Assembly: GCA_015067675.1 (NCBI GenBank)
Contig: SVMB01000001.1
Coordinates: 65,757 to 129,756 of the forward strand
Length of the DNA: 64,000 bases
DNA from: Oscillospiraceae bacterium
Lineage (GTDB): Bacteria > Bacillota > Clostridia > Oscillospirales > QAMX01
Reading direction: 5' to 3'
Both the position numbers and the translations under genes were made by a program. The number at the start of each line of letters is the position of its first letter. The first letter of the stretch is position 1. This document shows positions 46,515 to 55,657 of the stretch, piece by piece. A model generated the notes under the pieces. That model searched no databases and was not told where the DNA came from. It saw nothing but the letters and a program-made list of their open reading frames with translations.

Positions 46515-46976
46515 ATGAGAGCGATCCTGCAGCGTGTGAGCAGAGCAAGCGTCACCATCGACGGAGCCGTGCACGGCGAAATCGAAAAGGGTTTTCTGAT
46601 CCTGCTGGGCGTGCATGAGACCGATACCACCGCGGAGGCCGATGTGCTCATTGATAAATGTGCCGGTCTGCGCGTGTTTGAGGATGAAGACGAGAAGATG
46701 AACCTGAGCCTTGCCGACGTGGGCGGCGCAGTGCTTGCCGTGTCCAATTTTACCCTGTACGGCGACTGCCGCCGGGGAAAACGCCCGAGCTTTTCCGCTG
46801 CTGCGCGTCCCGAAACAGCCAATCCGCTCTATGAATACTTCGTTGAGGGCATCCGCGCCAAAGGTATCCGGGTGGAAACCGGCGTGTTCGGTGCGGACAT
46901 GAAGGTGGAGCTGCTCAACGACGGCCCGGTGACGATTTTCCTTGACACCGATGAGCTTGCCCGTCCCAGGAGGTAA
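46515..46976 (+). CDS. dtd: D-aminoacyl-tRNA deacylase
   Basis: MRAILQRVSRASVTIDG...GFLILLGV...SNFTLYGD...GKRPSF...GVFGADMKVELLNDGPVTI are canonical Dtd blocks. Confidence 0.95.
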   Translation: MRAILQRVSRASVTIDGAVHGEIEKGFLILLGVHETDTTAEADVLIDKCAGLRVFEDEDEKMNLSLADVGGAVLAVSNFTLYGDCRRGKRPSFSAAARPETANPLYEYFVEGIRAKGIRVETGVFGADMKVELLNDGPVTIFLDTDELARPRR

Positions 46977-46981
46977 AACGC

Positions 46982-47626
46982 ATGAAGATCATCCAACTTT
47001 GCGTGGGTATGGTGGAGGCAAACTGCCTGATCGGCTATGACGAAAAGTCCCTGGAGGGCTTTGTGGTCGATCCCGGCGGGGAACCTGAACGGATTCTTCG
47101 TGAGATTGAGGAAAGAAAGCTGACCATTACGCATATACTGTGTACGCATGGTCATTTCGATCATATCATGGCCGCAGCCCGTGTCTGTGAGGCAACGGGC
47201 GCAAAGGTCTGCGTGCATACCTATGATGCGCCGAAGCTCACCAGTGCGGAGGAGAACCTCTATTCGCGCTTTACCGGTACCGACGAGGGTTTTACGCCGG
47301 TGCAGCCGGACATCCTGCTGCAGGATGGTGACGAGCTCACCGCAGCGGGGGTAACCTGGGAAGTGCTGCATACGCCCGGACATACCGCAGGATGCGTTTG
47401 CTTTGACTCCGGTGAGATTCTTCTCTCCGGTGATACCGTATTTGCCAATTCCTGCGGCCGCGTGGATTTCCCCGACGGCGACAGAAACGAAATGATGCGT
47501 TCGCTGCAGATGATCGCGGAGCTGGATGGTGAGCGGATGGTCTATTCCGGTCACGGTGAGGCGGCGCTGCTGTCCGATATCCGCCGGTATAACCCCTTCG
47601 TGCGACAGGCGGTGGCTCTGGGATGA
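46982..47626 (+). CDS. MBL-fold metallo-hydrolase (glyoxalase-II-like)
   Basis: HILCTHGHFDH motif and HTPGHTAG. 214 aa. Confidence 0.85.
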   Translation: MKIIQLCVGMVEANCLIGYDEKSLEGFVVDPGGEPERILREIEERKLTITHILCTHGHFDHIMAAARVCEATGAKVCVHTYDAPKLTSAEENLYSRFTGTDEGFTPVQPDILLQDGDELTAAGVTWEVLHTPGHTAGCVCFDSGEILLSGDTVFANSCGRVDFPDGDRNEMMRSLQMIAELDGERMVYSGHGEAALLSDIRRYNPFVRQAVALG

Positions 47627-49134
47627 AGCTTGAACTCACAGGTTCCGAAAGCCGGTATGCCCTCGAACAGCTTGCCATCACTCTCTTTCCCGGTGAGAGC
47701 CATTCCTGGGTTGAGGGAGAAGAAAATGGTACGCTGCACATTACCGTGCGCCGTACAGATGCCCGCATCAGCGCGGTGGCGCAGCTTTCCCGCGCACAGG
47801 GCAGTGCCCGGGGTACGGCCTTCTGCAATTGCAGCCGGGATGTGGCGCCGGAGCGATACGGTGCGCTGGAGAAGCAGACCCTGCGCCGTGCATTTTACCG
47901 CGCGGCGGTGCAGCTTCTGCCGGCGGCTCCTGTTTGGGGTGCACTCTCCGGTGTGCGTCCGGCAAAGCTTGGACGTCTGCTCATCGCCGAGACCGGCAGC
48001 CCTGCCCGGGCAGTGAAAAAGCTGATGGAGTCTGACTTTGTCAGACGGGATAAAGCTTTGCTTGCCGTAAGCTGCGCCGAAGAGGCGCTTTCCGTCATGG
48101 ACGGCCGCGACGAATGTGACGTGGACGTTTATATCGGTGTCCCGTTTTGTCCTACCCGCTGCAGTTACTGTTCCTTTGTGTCGGCGGCGGTCGGCAAGCA
48201 GAAGAAGCTCATCGCACCCTATGCAGAGGCGCTCGTGAAGGAGATTCGCCACGGCGCGGCTCTTCTGCGGGAGTGCGGTCTGCGGGTGCGTACGCTGTAC
48301 ATGGGCGGCGGCACGCCGACCACCCTGGAGGCGCCGCAGCTGGATGCGGTGCTGACGGCTGCATGGGAGCTTCCCATCGTGGAGGGCGCGGAGATTACCG
48401 TCGAGGCCGGCCGTCCCGATACCATCACGAGTGAAAAGCTGGCGGTGCTGCGTAAACATAAGGTGCGCCGCATCAGCATCAATCCCCAGACCATGGATGA
48501 CCGGGTGCTGGAGGTCATCGGCCGCCGTCATACCGCTCAGGATATTGCCGATGCCATGGCTCTTGCGCGGAAACTGGGGTTTGAGGAGATCAATATGGAT
48601 CTCATCGCAGGCCTTCCCACCGATACGGCGGCAGGATTTGCTCAGACGCTTGACAAAGTCATCGCGCTGGGTCCTGAAAATATCACCGTTCATACCCTCG
48701 CGCGCAAGCGCGGAGCCGACCTGGGGCAGAGCTCTGAAAGTGTGCTGCCCACTGAAGTGCTGGAAGAAATGCTGGCTCATGCGGAAACCGTACTCACCGG
48801 GGCAGGCTATGCGCCCTATTATCTCTATCGGCAGAAGTACATCGGCGGCAGCTTTGAAAACATCGGCTGGACAAAGCCCGGCAAGCGCTGCGATTATAAC
48901 ATCGCCATGATGGAGGAAATCGGCACCGTCGTCGCTTTCGGCGCGGGCTCCGTGACCAAGCTCGTGCGCGGCGGCGAGATCAGGCGGATTCAGAATCCGA
49001 AGTATGCCCAGGAGTATCTGAGCAATCTGGAACAGTTGTTGGAAAAGAAGGCGGAAGTCGTCGCCTTCTACGGACTGCGCGGAAAGGATACTCAAAATGG
49101 AGAAACGTTCAGTCAACACCAAAACCTACCGTAA
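47623..49134 (+). CDS. HemZ/HemN-like oxygen-independent coproporphyrinogen-oxidase-family radical SAM protein
   Basis: CPTRCSYCSF (CxxxCxxC), GGGTPT, and a HemN-type C-terminal domain. The ~500-aa size and long N-terminal extension are typical of HemZ-like proteins. ATGA overlap with the upstream gene. Confidence 0.8.
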   Translation: MKLELTGSESRYALEQLAITLFPGESHSWVEGEENGTLHITVRRTDARISAVAQLSRAQGSARGTAFCNCSRDVAPERYGALEKQTLRRAFYRAAVQLLPAAPVWGALSGVRPAKLGRLLIAETGSPARAVKKLMESDFVRRDKALLAVSCAEEALSVMDGRDECDVDVYIGVPFCPTRCSYCSFVSAAVGKQKKLIAPYAEALVKEIRHGAALLRECGLRVRTLYMGGGTPTTLEAPQLDAVLTAAWELPIVEGAEITVEAGRPDTITSEKLAVLRKHKVRRISINPQTMDDRVLEVIGRRHTAQDIADAMALARKLGFEEINMDLIAGLPTDTAAGFAQTLDKVIALGPENITVHTLARKRGADLGQSSESVLPTEVLEEMLAHAETVLTGAGYAPYYLYRQKYIGGSFENIGWTKPGKRCDYNIAMMEEIGTVVAFGAGSVTKLVRGGEIRRIQNPKYAQEYLSNLEQLLEKKAEVVAFYGLRGKDTQNGETFSQHQNLP

Positions 49135-50032
49135 TTATGTAAACCTGCAGTACATCAACGACCGTGCTCTGCGCGATCCCCGCGCCTTTGTGGAGGAGAG
49201 CGAAGCAGTGTATGCCGAGGAGCTGCGCGATACGGCGCTTGCCATTGCTGCGGCGCCGTCGAAGATTGTACTGCTCTCGGGGCCGTCCAGTTCCGGCAAG
49301 ACCACCACAGCCAAGCGGCTGCGCGGAGAGCTTTCAAAGCTTGGGATCCGTGCTCATCATGTGGAGATGGACAATTATTTCCTCGATACCGACCGCAACG
49401 ATCCCACCATCGACCTGGAAAGCCCGGAACGCATGGATATGACGCTTCTGCATGCCCATCTGGAAGCGTTGGATCGGGGAGATGAGGTGCCGGTTCCGCA
49501 TTTTGACTTTACAACCGGCCGCCGCTCCGGAAAAACCGAGCCGCTGCGGCTGATGAAGGATGAAATTGCGATTTTTGAGGGGATTCACGCCCTCAACGAT
49601 GCCCTTTATGACAAAACAAGCGCCCATGCACCGGTGGGCGTGTATCTGAGTGCTCGTATGCGTGTCGTGGAGGATGACCGGGTGATCGTGGAGCCGGAAT
49701 GGACGAGATTTGTGCGCAGGGCGCTGCGGGACGCAAGCTTTCGCGGCACGGACATTGCCGGGACAATGGGCCTCTGGCCCAATGTCCGCCGGGGAGAGGT
49801 GCGCTATATCATGCCCTTCAAACATCGCGCGGAGCTCATGATCGATACATCGCTTGACTATGAGCTTTGTGTGCTGGCACCGAGGATGCTGGCACGCCGC
49901 GCAGAGCTCGATTTGGATTTGCTCAGTGCCCAGGGGATGGGGGCTCTGCCGTCTGTTCTGGAAAGGTTTTTGCCCCTTGACGAACAATTTGTGCCGCAGG
50001 AGTCTCTGCTGCGCGAATTTATCGGCAAATGA
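49097..50032 (+). CDS. Uridine-kinase/PRK-family P-loop nucleoside kinase-like protein
   Basis: P-loop LLSGPSSSGKTT. 311 aa. Its start overlaps the end of the hemZ-like gene by 38 nt, so the start is not certain. Confidence 0.7.
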   Translation: MEKRSVNTKTYRNYVNLQYINDRALRDPRAFVEESEAVYAEELRDTALAIAAAPSKIVLLSGPSSSGKTTTAKRLRGELSKLGIRAHHVEMDNYFLDTDRNDPTIDLESPERMDMTLLHAHLEALDRGDEVPVPHFDFTTGRRSGKTEPLRLMKDEIAIFEGIHALNDALYDKTSAHAPVGVYLSARMRVVEDDRVIVEPEWTRFVRRALRDASFRGTDIAGTMGLWPNVRRGEVRYIMPFKHRAELMIDTSLDYELCVLAPRMLARRAELDLDLLSAQGMGALPSVLERFLPLDEQFVPQESLLREFIGK

Positions 50033-50055
50033 TCGGACTTATTTACGAATATGAC

Positions 50056-50084
50056 TTGATTTTACCCAAACGCTGGGATATAAT
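50056..50084 (+). promoter_or_regulatory. Putative sigma-A promoter
   Basis: TTGATT-17 nt-TATAAT, upstream of the Cys-rich protein gene. Confidence 0.55.
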
Positions 50085-50137
50085 AAAGATGAACTGTAGT
50101 CAATTTGTTTTGCATTAAGAGAAAAGGAGTTGTGTGT

Positions 50138-50668
50138 ATGGATCCCAAGGTTCGTGAGATTCTGTCCAAAGCTCGTGTTTCTGCCGTGAATTACGGCAAG
50201 GCCGCCGGTAAGTATGCCGGTAATGTTGTGGAACAGGCCAAGATCAATCTGCAGATTTTCGATCTGAACACCGAGATCGAGGTTGCTTATAAGGAAATCG
50301 GCAAGCTGGTTTACGCCGTGCATGCCGGTGAAGAGGTCTGCAACGAAGCCGTTCAGGCTCAGATCGAGAAAATCGATTCCAAGACTGCCCAGATTGCCGA
50401 GCTGCGTGCCCGTCTTTCCGGCATTAAGGAAGAGAAGGTCAATGTCGCCGAAGAAATCTGCGTCTGTGACGACGTTGAGAGCTGCGTCGAGCCTGCTACC
50501 CCTGAGTGCGAAGAGAAGAACGGCTGCTGCTGCGACGGCGAAGCCGAGGAAGTAAAGCCCGAAGAGTGCTGCTGCGCCGAGGCTCCCGCCGAGGATGCTC
50601 CCTGCTGCTGCGGCGAAGAGGAAAAGCCCGCTGAGAAATGCTGCTGCAGCGATGCTCCCAACGCCTGA
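50138..50668 (+). CDS. Coiled-coil protein with an acidic C-terminal tail carrying four CCC triplets
   Basis: Start at ATG 50138 after AAAAGGAG. Tail: ...ICVCDDVESCVEPATPECEEKNGCCCDGEAEEVKPEECCCAEAPAEDAPCCCGEEEKPAEKCCCSDAPNA. Confidence 0.7.
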   Translation: MDPKVREILSKARVSAVNYGKAAGKYAGNVVEQAKINLQIFDLNTEIEVAYKEIGKLVYAVHAGEEVCNEAVQAQIEKIDSKTAQIAELRARLSGIKEEKVNVAEEICVCDDVESCVEPATPECEEKNGCCCDGEAEEVKPEECCCAEAPAEDAPCCCGEEEKPAEKCCCSDAPNA

Positions 50669-50729
50669 TAAAACTAAAGAAAAGAGCTGGATGCGGGGGA
50701 TGGACACATCTCCCGCATGTTTTACTGTT

Positions 50730-52034
50730 ATGAATACTTTTGATTGTCTGTTTGCCGATGTGACCCTGCTCAGCCCTGAGCGCACATCTCCTCTGGAACA
50801 CGCCTGGATCGGCGTCAAAGACGGAAAAATCACCTATGTGGGTACTGCCGAACCCGAAGGACAGGCAGCCCGTGTGGTGCGCGGCGAGCATCTTGTGGTG
50901 ATTCCGGGCCTGATCAATGCCCATTCCCATATTGCAATGACGGCGCTGCGCGGCTACGCTGACGACGTGCCGCTGCAGGAGTGGCTGTTTGACCACATCT
51001 TCCCCGCCGAAGGCCGTCTGGATGCCGAAGGCGTGGCGCTTGCCGCCCGACTGGGCATGATGGAGTCTCTGGCCTGCGGCGTGACGGGACTTTGCGATAT
51101 GTACTTCTGCTCCGACGTGGTCTGTGATGAAGCGGTGCGTACCGGTATGCGCGTGATGGTTTCCAACGCCGCGACCCGCTTTGCCGAGGGACCGCTGCCG
51201 GAATCAGACCGGACACTGACCGAGTTTTACCGTATCCTCGAGCGGTATCCCGACCATCCCATGGTACGTACCGTTTCCGGTATCCATGCGGTCTATACCT
51301 CCAATCCCGAGACCCGTGCGCAGATGCTGGAACTGGCCCAAAAGTATGATATGCCGATCCTTCTGCACCTCTCCGAGACCGCAAAGGAGAACGCCGACTG
51401 CCAGGAGCAGCACGGCATGTCCCCCACGGAACTGCTCAACCGCGAAGGTATCCTCGACGTTCCGGTGATTGCAGCGCATTGTGTCCATCTGTCGGAGCGC
51501 GACCGGGAGATTCTGCATGAGAAGGGTGTCGTCTGCGTCCATAACCCGGTGAGCAACTGTAAGCTCGCCTCCGGTATCGCCAATATCCCGGCGATGCAGG
51601 ACGCCGGTCTTACCATTGCGCTAGGTACCGACGGCGTTGCCTCCAACAATAACCATGATCTGTTTGAAGAGATGAAGCTGATGGCTCTGCTGGGTAAGGT
51701 GGTGTCGATGGAGGCCTCAAGCGTGTCGGCACACGATGCCTTCCGCGCCGCAACCATGGGAGGCGCGGCCGCCATGGGACGTGCCGACAGCGCGGGTCAG
51801 ATCCGTGTTGGTTTTGATGCTGATATCGCGGTGCTGGACTTTGGCCGCGAGCATCTGCAGCCCATGCATAACGTGCTGTCCAATCTGGTATATGCTGCCT
51901 CCGGTCACGACGTGGTGCTGACCATGAACGCAGGCCGTATCGTCTACGATCACGGTGAGTTCCCGGGGCTTGATCCAAAGCAGACTGCAGATGAGCTGCG
52001 CGCCTATGTCAAGAAACGCATCATGCAGGCATAA
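50730..52034 (+). CDS. Amidohydrolase, MtaD-like 5-methylthioadenosine/S-adenosylhomocysteine deaminase
   Basis: PGLINAHSHIAMT (HxH), LHLSET, AAHCVHL, HNPVSNCKLASG, GTDGVASNN. Start at ATG 50730 is tentative because there is no clear SD. Confidence 0.8.
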   Translation: MNTFDCLFADVTLLSPERTSPLEHAWIGVKDGKITYVGTAEPEGQAARVVRGEHLVVIPGLINAHSHIAMTALRGYADDVPLQEWLFDHIFPAEGRLDAEGVALAARLGMMESLACGVTGLCDMYFCSDVVCDEAVRTGMRVMVSNAATRFAEGPLPESDRTLTEFYRILERYPDHPMVRTVSGIHAVYTSNPETRAQMLELAQKYDMPILLHLSETAKENADCQEQHGMSPTELLNREGILDVPVIAAHCVHLSERDREILHEKGVVCVHNPVSNCKLASGIANIPAMQDAGLTIALGTDGVASNNNHDLFEEMKLMALLGKVVSMEASSVSAHDAFRAATMGGAAAMGRADSAGQIRVGFDADIAVLDFGREHLQPMHNVLSNLVYAASGHDVVLTMNAGRIVYDHGEFPGLDPKQTADELRAYVKKRIMQA

Positions 52035-52069
52035 ACTGATTGCAGGATTGCCTGGAAGGAGACAGAACT

Positions 52070-53659
52070 TTGAGTAAGATTCAGAAGCAAAGCTTTATCG
52101 AAGGCGCACTGATCATGGCTATTGCCAATCTGGTCGTCAAGATCATCGGCGCATTCTTCAAAATCCCGCTGGCCAATCTCCTGGGAGACGAAGCCTCGGG
52201 TATGTTCACTGTGGCCTATAATTTCTACTCAGCCCTCGTGGTGGTCTCCACCGCCGGACTTCCGGTTGCCGTGTCGCGTATGGTTGCCGAGGCCAATTCC
52301 CGCGGACGGGGCAGGGAAGTGGAACGCATTCTGAAGGTTGCGTTCCGGGTATTCATCCTGATTGGTGCCGTGTCGATGGTAATCATGTTCCTCGGTGCCA
52401 AACCCTTCGTCAACTGGCAGAAAACCCCCAGTGCCTACTATGCGGTGCTGGCGATTTCCCCCGCCGTGTTCTTCGTTGCGCTGATGTCGGTGTACCGCGG
52501 CTTCTATCAGGGCCTGTCGAACATGGTTCCCACTGCGATCTCGCAGCTCATCGAAGCGCTGTGCAAGCTCTTCCTTGGCCTGGGACTGGCGTGGTTTGCG
52601 CTGAAGAACGGCTACGGCCTGGAAATGGCCGCGGCAGGCGCGATCCTCGGCGTGACCATCGGTACGGTGCTGGGCTCTGCCTATGTGGTGCTGCGTCACC
52701 GCAGAGCAAAGGAGACCATGAGCCTGTCCGACTTTGATCCGACGACCCGTAAGGATTCTGAGCTTGTGCGCTCGCTGATCATGATCGCGATCCCGATTCT
52801 CCTGGGCAGCGCGGTTCTCTCCCTGACCAACTTCCTGGACATGACGCTTGTCTACCGCCGCCTTTCCGATATCGGCTTTGCCGAGTCCAAGGCCAATGCC
52901 CTCTACGGCAACTACAGCCTCAAGGCGCTGAGCATCATGACCATGCCCCAGACTCTCATCGTCGGCGTGACCACCAGCCTGATCCCGGCGATCGCTGCTG
53001 CCTGTGCAGCTAAGGATTATGATAAGGCCCGCCGCAACACCGAGTCTGCCTATCGCCTGACCAGCATGATGGCCTTTCCCTGTGCCGCCGGTATGATCAC
53101 CATGGCCTGGCCGGTTATCAATCTGCTCTTCTCCGAAGGCGTGGATACCGCGGCACCGCTTCTCAGAACCCTCGGCGTGGCATTCCTGTTTGTATCCCTG
53201 GCCAGCATGAGTACGGCCGTGCTGCAGGCAGCAGGCCGTGAACGCCTGCCGGTGATTTCCACCGTTGCCGGCGGTATCGTCAAGCTTGTGACCAACTACA
53301 TCCTCATCGGCATTCCGTCCATCAACATTGCCGGTGCTCCCATCGGCACCACCATGTGCTATGCAACGATTGCGATCTTCAACATCGTCTTTGTCTATAC
53401 CAAAACCGAGATCGGACCGAAGCAGTGGTACGTGATCTGGAAGCCGCTGGTGTCTGCGGTGGTCATGGGTATTGTGGCGACGCTTCTGTGGCCGGTGGTC
53501 AGCGGCGTGTTGGGTGCAAAGCTTGGTGCGCTGGTGGTTATCTGCCTGTGCGTGGTTGTGTACTTTGCAATGATGCTGATCGTGAAGGGCTTCTATAAGG
53601 ACGATATCCTGATGCTGCCCAAGGGCGCAAAGATTGCCCGTGTTCTGCGGCTGAAATAA
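52070..53659 (+). CDS. MOP-superfamily polysaccharide/lipid II flippase (SpoVB/YabM-like)
   Basis: About 14 TM segments, with the N-terminal block GALIMAIANLVVKIIGAFFKIPLANLLGDEASGMF. TTG 52070, 8 nt after GGAAGGAG, is preferred over the track start at 52040. Its position upstream of mazG matches B. subtilis yabM. Confidence 0.8.
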   Translation: MSKIQKQSFIEGALIMAIANLVVKIIGAFFKIPLANLLGDEASGMFTVAYNFYSALVVVSTAGLPVAVSRMVAEANSRGRGREVERILKVAFRVFILIGAVSMVIMFLGAKPFVNWQKTPSAYYAVLAISPAVFFVALMSVYRGFYQGLSNMVPTAISQLIEALCKLFLGLGLAWFALKNGYGLEMAAAGAILGVTIGTVLGSAYVVLRHRRAKETMSLSDFDPTTRKDSELVRSLIMIAIPILLGSAVLSLTNFLDMTLVYRRLSDIGFAESKANALYGNYSLKALSIMTMPQTLIVGVTTSLIPAIAAACAAKDYDKARRNTESAYRLTSMMAFPCAAGMITMAWPVINLLFSEGVDTAAPLLRTLGVAFLFVSLASMSTAVLQAAGRERLPVISTVAGGIVKLVTNYILIGIPSINIAGAPIGTTMCYATIAIFNIVFVYTKTEIGPKQWYVIWKPLVSAVVMGIVATLLWPVVSGVLGAKLGALVVICLCVVVYFAMMLIVKGFYKDDILMLPKGAKIARVLRLK

Positions 53660-53732
53660 TGCATCGGATTGAAAAAATATTTGAAAAAATACCAAACAAA
53701 TTTGAAATAGTACTTGCGGAGATAAGGGAAAT

Positions 53733-54431
53733 ATGGTAAATTATCAACAGAAGGATTTCTATCGCGTGTATGATCTGGTGGAGCTGGTGGCAGCTCTGCG
53801 CAGTGAGGGCGGCTGCCCCTGGGATCGTGAACAGACCCATGAGAGCATTCGCCGCAACTTCATCGAAGAAGTGTACGAGGCTATCGAGGCCATTGACCTT
53901 GGTGATACCGATCTTCTCAAGGAAGAACTGGGCGATGTGCTGCTGCAGGTGGTGTTCCACGCTCTGATGGAGCAGGAAAAGGGCACCTTCAATATCGACG
54001 ATGTGGCCGACGGCGTGTGCAAGAAGCTTGTTCTGCGCCATCCCCATGTGTTCGGCGACGTGCAGGTCAGCGGTACAGGTGACGTGCTGCGCAACTGGGA
54101 TGAGATCAAGAAGAAGGAAAAGCATCAGAAGACCGTGGGCGATACGCTGGAGAGCGTGGCGCACAGTCTGCCGTCGCTGATTCGTGCCGAGAAGGTGCTT
54201 CATAAGGCTGCCAAAGCTGGATACGGTAAAATCGATGCTGCTCAGGCCGCCGACGCTGCCAAAGCCGCTCTTGCCGATGCTGAGAAGGCGCCTACCGAGG
54301 AATCCATCGGCACACTGCTGGCTGCAGTGGTGAAGATGGCGGAGGTTGCCGATATCGACCCCGAAGGTGCGCTGGAAAAGTATACCGATACCTTTATCGC
54401 CGACGTCCGTGCAAAGGACGAAGCAAAATAA
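53733..54431 (+). CDS. mazG: MazG nucleoside triphosphate pyrophosphohydrolase
   Basis: CPWDREQTHESIRRNFIEEVYEAIEAID...EELGDVLLQVVFH is the MazG EExxE/D signature. Confidence 0.9.
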   Translation: MVNYQQKDFYRVYDLVELVAALRSEGGCPWDREQTHESIRRNFIEEVYEAIEAIDLGDTDLLKEELGDVLLQVVFHALMEQEKGTFNIDDVADGVCKKLVLRHPHVFGDVQVSGTGDVLRNWDEIKKKEKHQKTVGDTLESVAHSLPSLIRAEKVLHKAAKAGYGKIDAAQAADAAKAALADAEKAPTEESIGTLLAAVVKMAEVADIDPEGALEKYTDTFIADVRAKDEAK

Positions 54432-54451
54432 GCAGTATTTTTGAGGAAACT

Positions 54452-54691
54452 ATGAGACTTGATAAATATTTGAAGGTGTCCCGCCTGATTAAGCGCCGTA
54501 CGGTTGCCAAGACCGCTGCCGATAACGAGCGTGTGCTCGTCAACGGTAAGGAGGCAAAGCCTGCCTATCAGGTCAAGGTGGGGGATATCATCGAAATCGC
54601 TTTCGGACAGAGAACGCTCAAGGTCGAGGTTGTGGACGTGGCGGAGCATGCCAATAAGGCGGATGCATCGGCACTCTACCGCGAAATCTGA
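54452..54691 (+). CDS. S4-domain RNA-binding protein (YabO/Hsp15-like)
   Basis: MRLDKYLKVSRLIKRRTVAKTAADNERVLVNGKEAKPAYQVKVGDII. 79 aa, with yabO-like synteny. Confidence 0.85.
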   Translation: MRLDKYLKVSRLIKRRTVAKTAADNERVLVNGKEAKPAYQVKVGDIIEIAFGQRTLKVEVVDVAEHANKADASALYREI

Positions 54692-54761
54692 GCATAGATT
54701 GGCAGGAAGCGGCATATAGATGTCTCAAAGGGCATGTTCGCCCGATCAAGGAGGCATCGGT

Positions 54762-55043
54762 ATGGTACAGAATGAAATGCGTCCGGAAAGACCGCACAGT
54801 CTGGTGCTGGAAGAGCGCGGGCTGCTCAGGCTTACGGGCGTCAACGAAGTCGAACGCTTTGACGAGGAGGAAATCCTCATCAGCACGGTCAAGGGAAGGC
54901 TTGCCGTGCGCGGCCAGGGCCTGCGGGTCGTGTCGCTGCGTACGGAAAGCGGAGAGCTGATCGTGGAAGGAACCGTAGATGGCTGTGTCTACCTGGGCAT
55001 TGACAGCGCACGCGGCAGTGTCTGGGCGCGTCTCTTTGGCTGA
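54762..55043 (+). CDS. yabP: Sporulation protein YabP
   Basis: Start at ATG 54762 after AAGGAGG. HSLVLEERGLLRLTGVNEVERFDEEEILISTVKGRLAVRGQGL matches the YabP/YqfC family pattern. Confidence 0.85.
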   Translation: MVQNEMRPERPHSLVLEERGLLRLTGVNEVERFDEEEILISTVKGRLAVRGQGLRVVSLRTESGELIVEGTVDGCVYLGIDSARGSVWARLFG

Positions 55044-55047
55044 CAGG

Positions 55048-55332
55048 ATGAAAGTGATCATTTCAGAGCAGCTTTTGCGGTTTGTAAGCTGCATTGGGTT
55101 CGGCGTCGCGGCAGCGCTGCTGTATCGGATACGTGCGTGGTTTACCCGCGGGCGGGTACGCTTTGTACTGGATGCGCTGCTGGATCTGGGATACTGGATT
55201 GTGGTGATCCCGGGCTTTATCGCAATGATTCTGACGGTCTGTCAGGGAGAGCTGCGGCTGTATCACCTGTGCGGGATCGGCTGCGGTGTAGTGCTGACTG
55301 CCTGTTTTCACAGAACTGAGGCTTATAAATGA
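55048..55332 (+). CDS. yabQ: Spore cortex biosynthesis protein YabQ
   Basis: 94-aa membrane protein (LLRFVSCIGFGVAAALLY..., WIVVIPGFIAMILTV). The call rests mainly on its position between yabP and the divIC-like gene. Confidence 0.7.
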   Translation: MKVIISEQLLRFVSCIGFGVAAALLYRIRAWFTRGRVRFVLDALLDLGYWIVVIPGFIAMILTVCQGELRLYHLCGIGCGVVLTACFHRTEAYK

Positions 55333-55610
55333 AGACTAATACCATTACATGGATTCTCCGGCTTCTGCTGCTGACCTTTGTGGGCTACGGCATCTTCAAT
55401 GTTATCTCGCTCAATGTCCGGATTGCGGACAAAGAGGTGCAGAAGGCAGCCCTGGAGGCGCAGATCAATACGCAGACGCTGGAAAACCAGGAAATCCAGG
55501 AAAATCTGGAAGGTGAGTTTACCGAGGAGGAGATCGCGGAGATTGCCCGCGATAAACTCGGCTATTCGCTGCCCGGTGAGCGCATTTTCGTGGACATTAC
55601 GGGCAAATAG
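55329..55610 (+). CDS. Septum formation initiator family protein (DivIC/FtsB-like)
   Basis: One TM, a coiled coil (EVQKAALEAQINTQTLENQEIQENL) and the C-terminal IARDKLGYSLPGERIF block. Confidence 0.8.
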   Translation: MKTNTITWILRLLLLTFVGYGIFNVISLNVRIADKEVQKAALEAQINTQTLENQEIQENLEGEFTEEEIAEIARDKLGYSLPGERIFVDITGK

Positions 55611-55657
55611 GCCCTTTGGAAGATCCCAAAATACTAGAGGAGGTCATACGGCTGGAT

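Noticed and set aside
43559-46822. A 1087-aa minus-strand ORF spanning the end of recJ, all of relA and part of dtd, plus the 635-aa minus-strand ORF at 42342-44249.
   Set aside because: Both are antisense to genes with unmistakable RecJ, RelA/SpoT and Dtd motifs. Their translations are low-complexity and rich in Arg, Gly, Ala and His, with no recognisable domains. Long stop-free antisense frames are expected at ~60% GC.
50691-50725. The hairpin ATGCGGG...CCCGCAT after the Cys-rich protein gene as an intrinsic terminator.
   Set aside because: The stem is short and imperfect, the T-tract is interrupted, and it ends 5 nt before the proposed start of the MtaD-like deaminase gene. It is too ambiguous to annotate.
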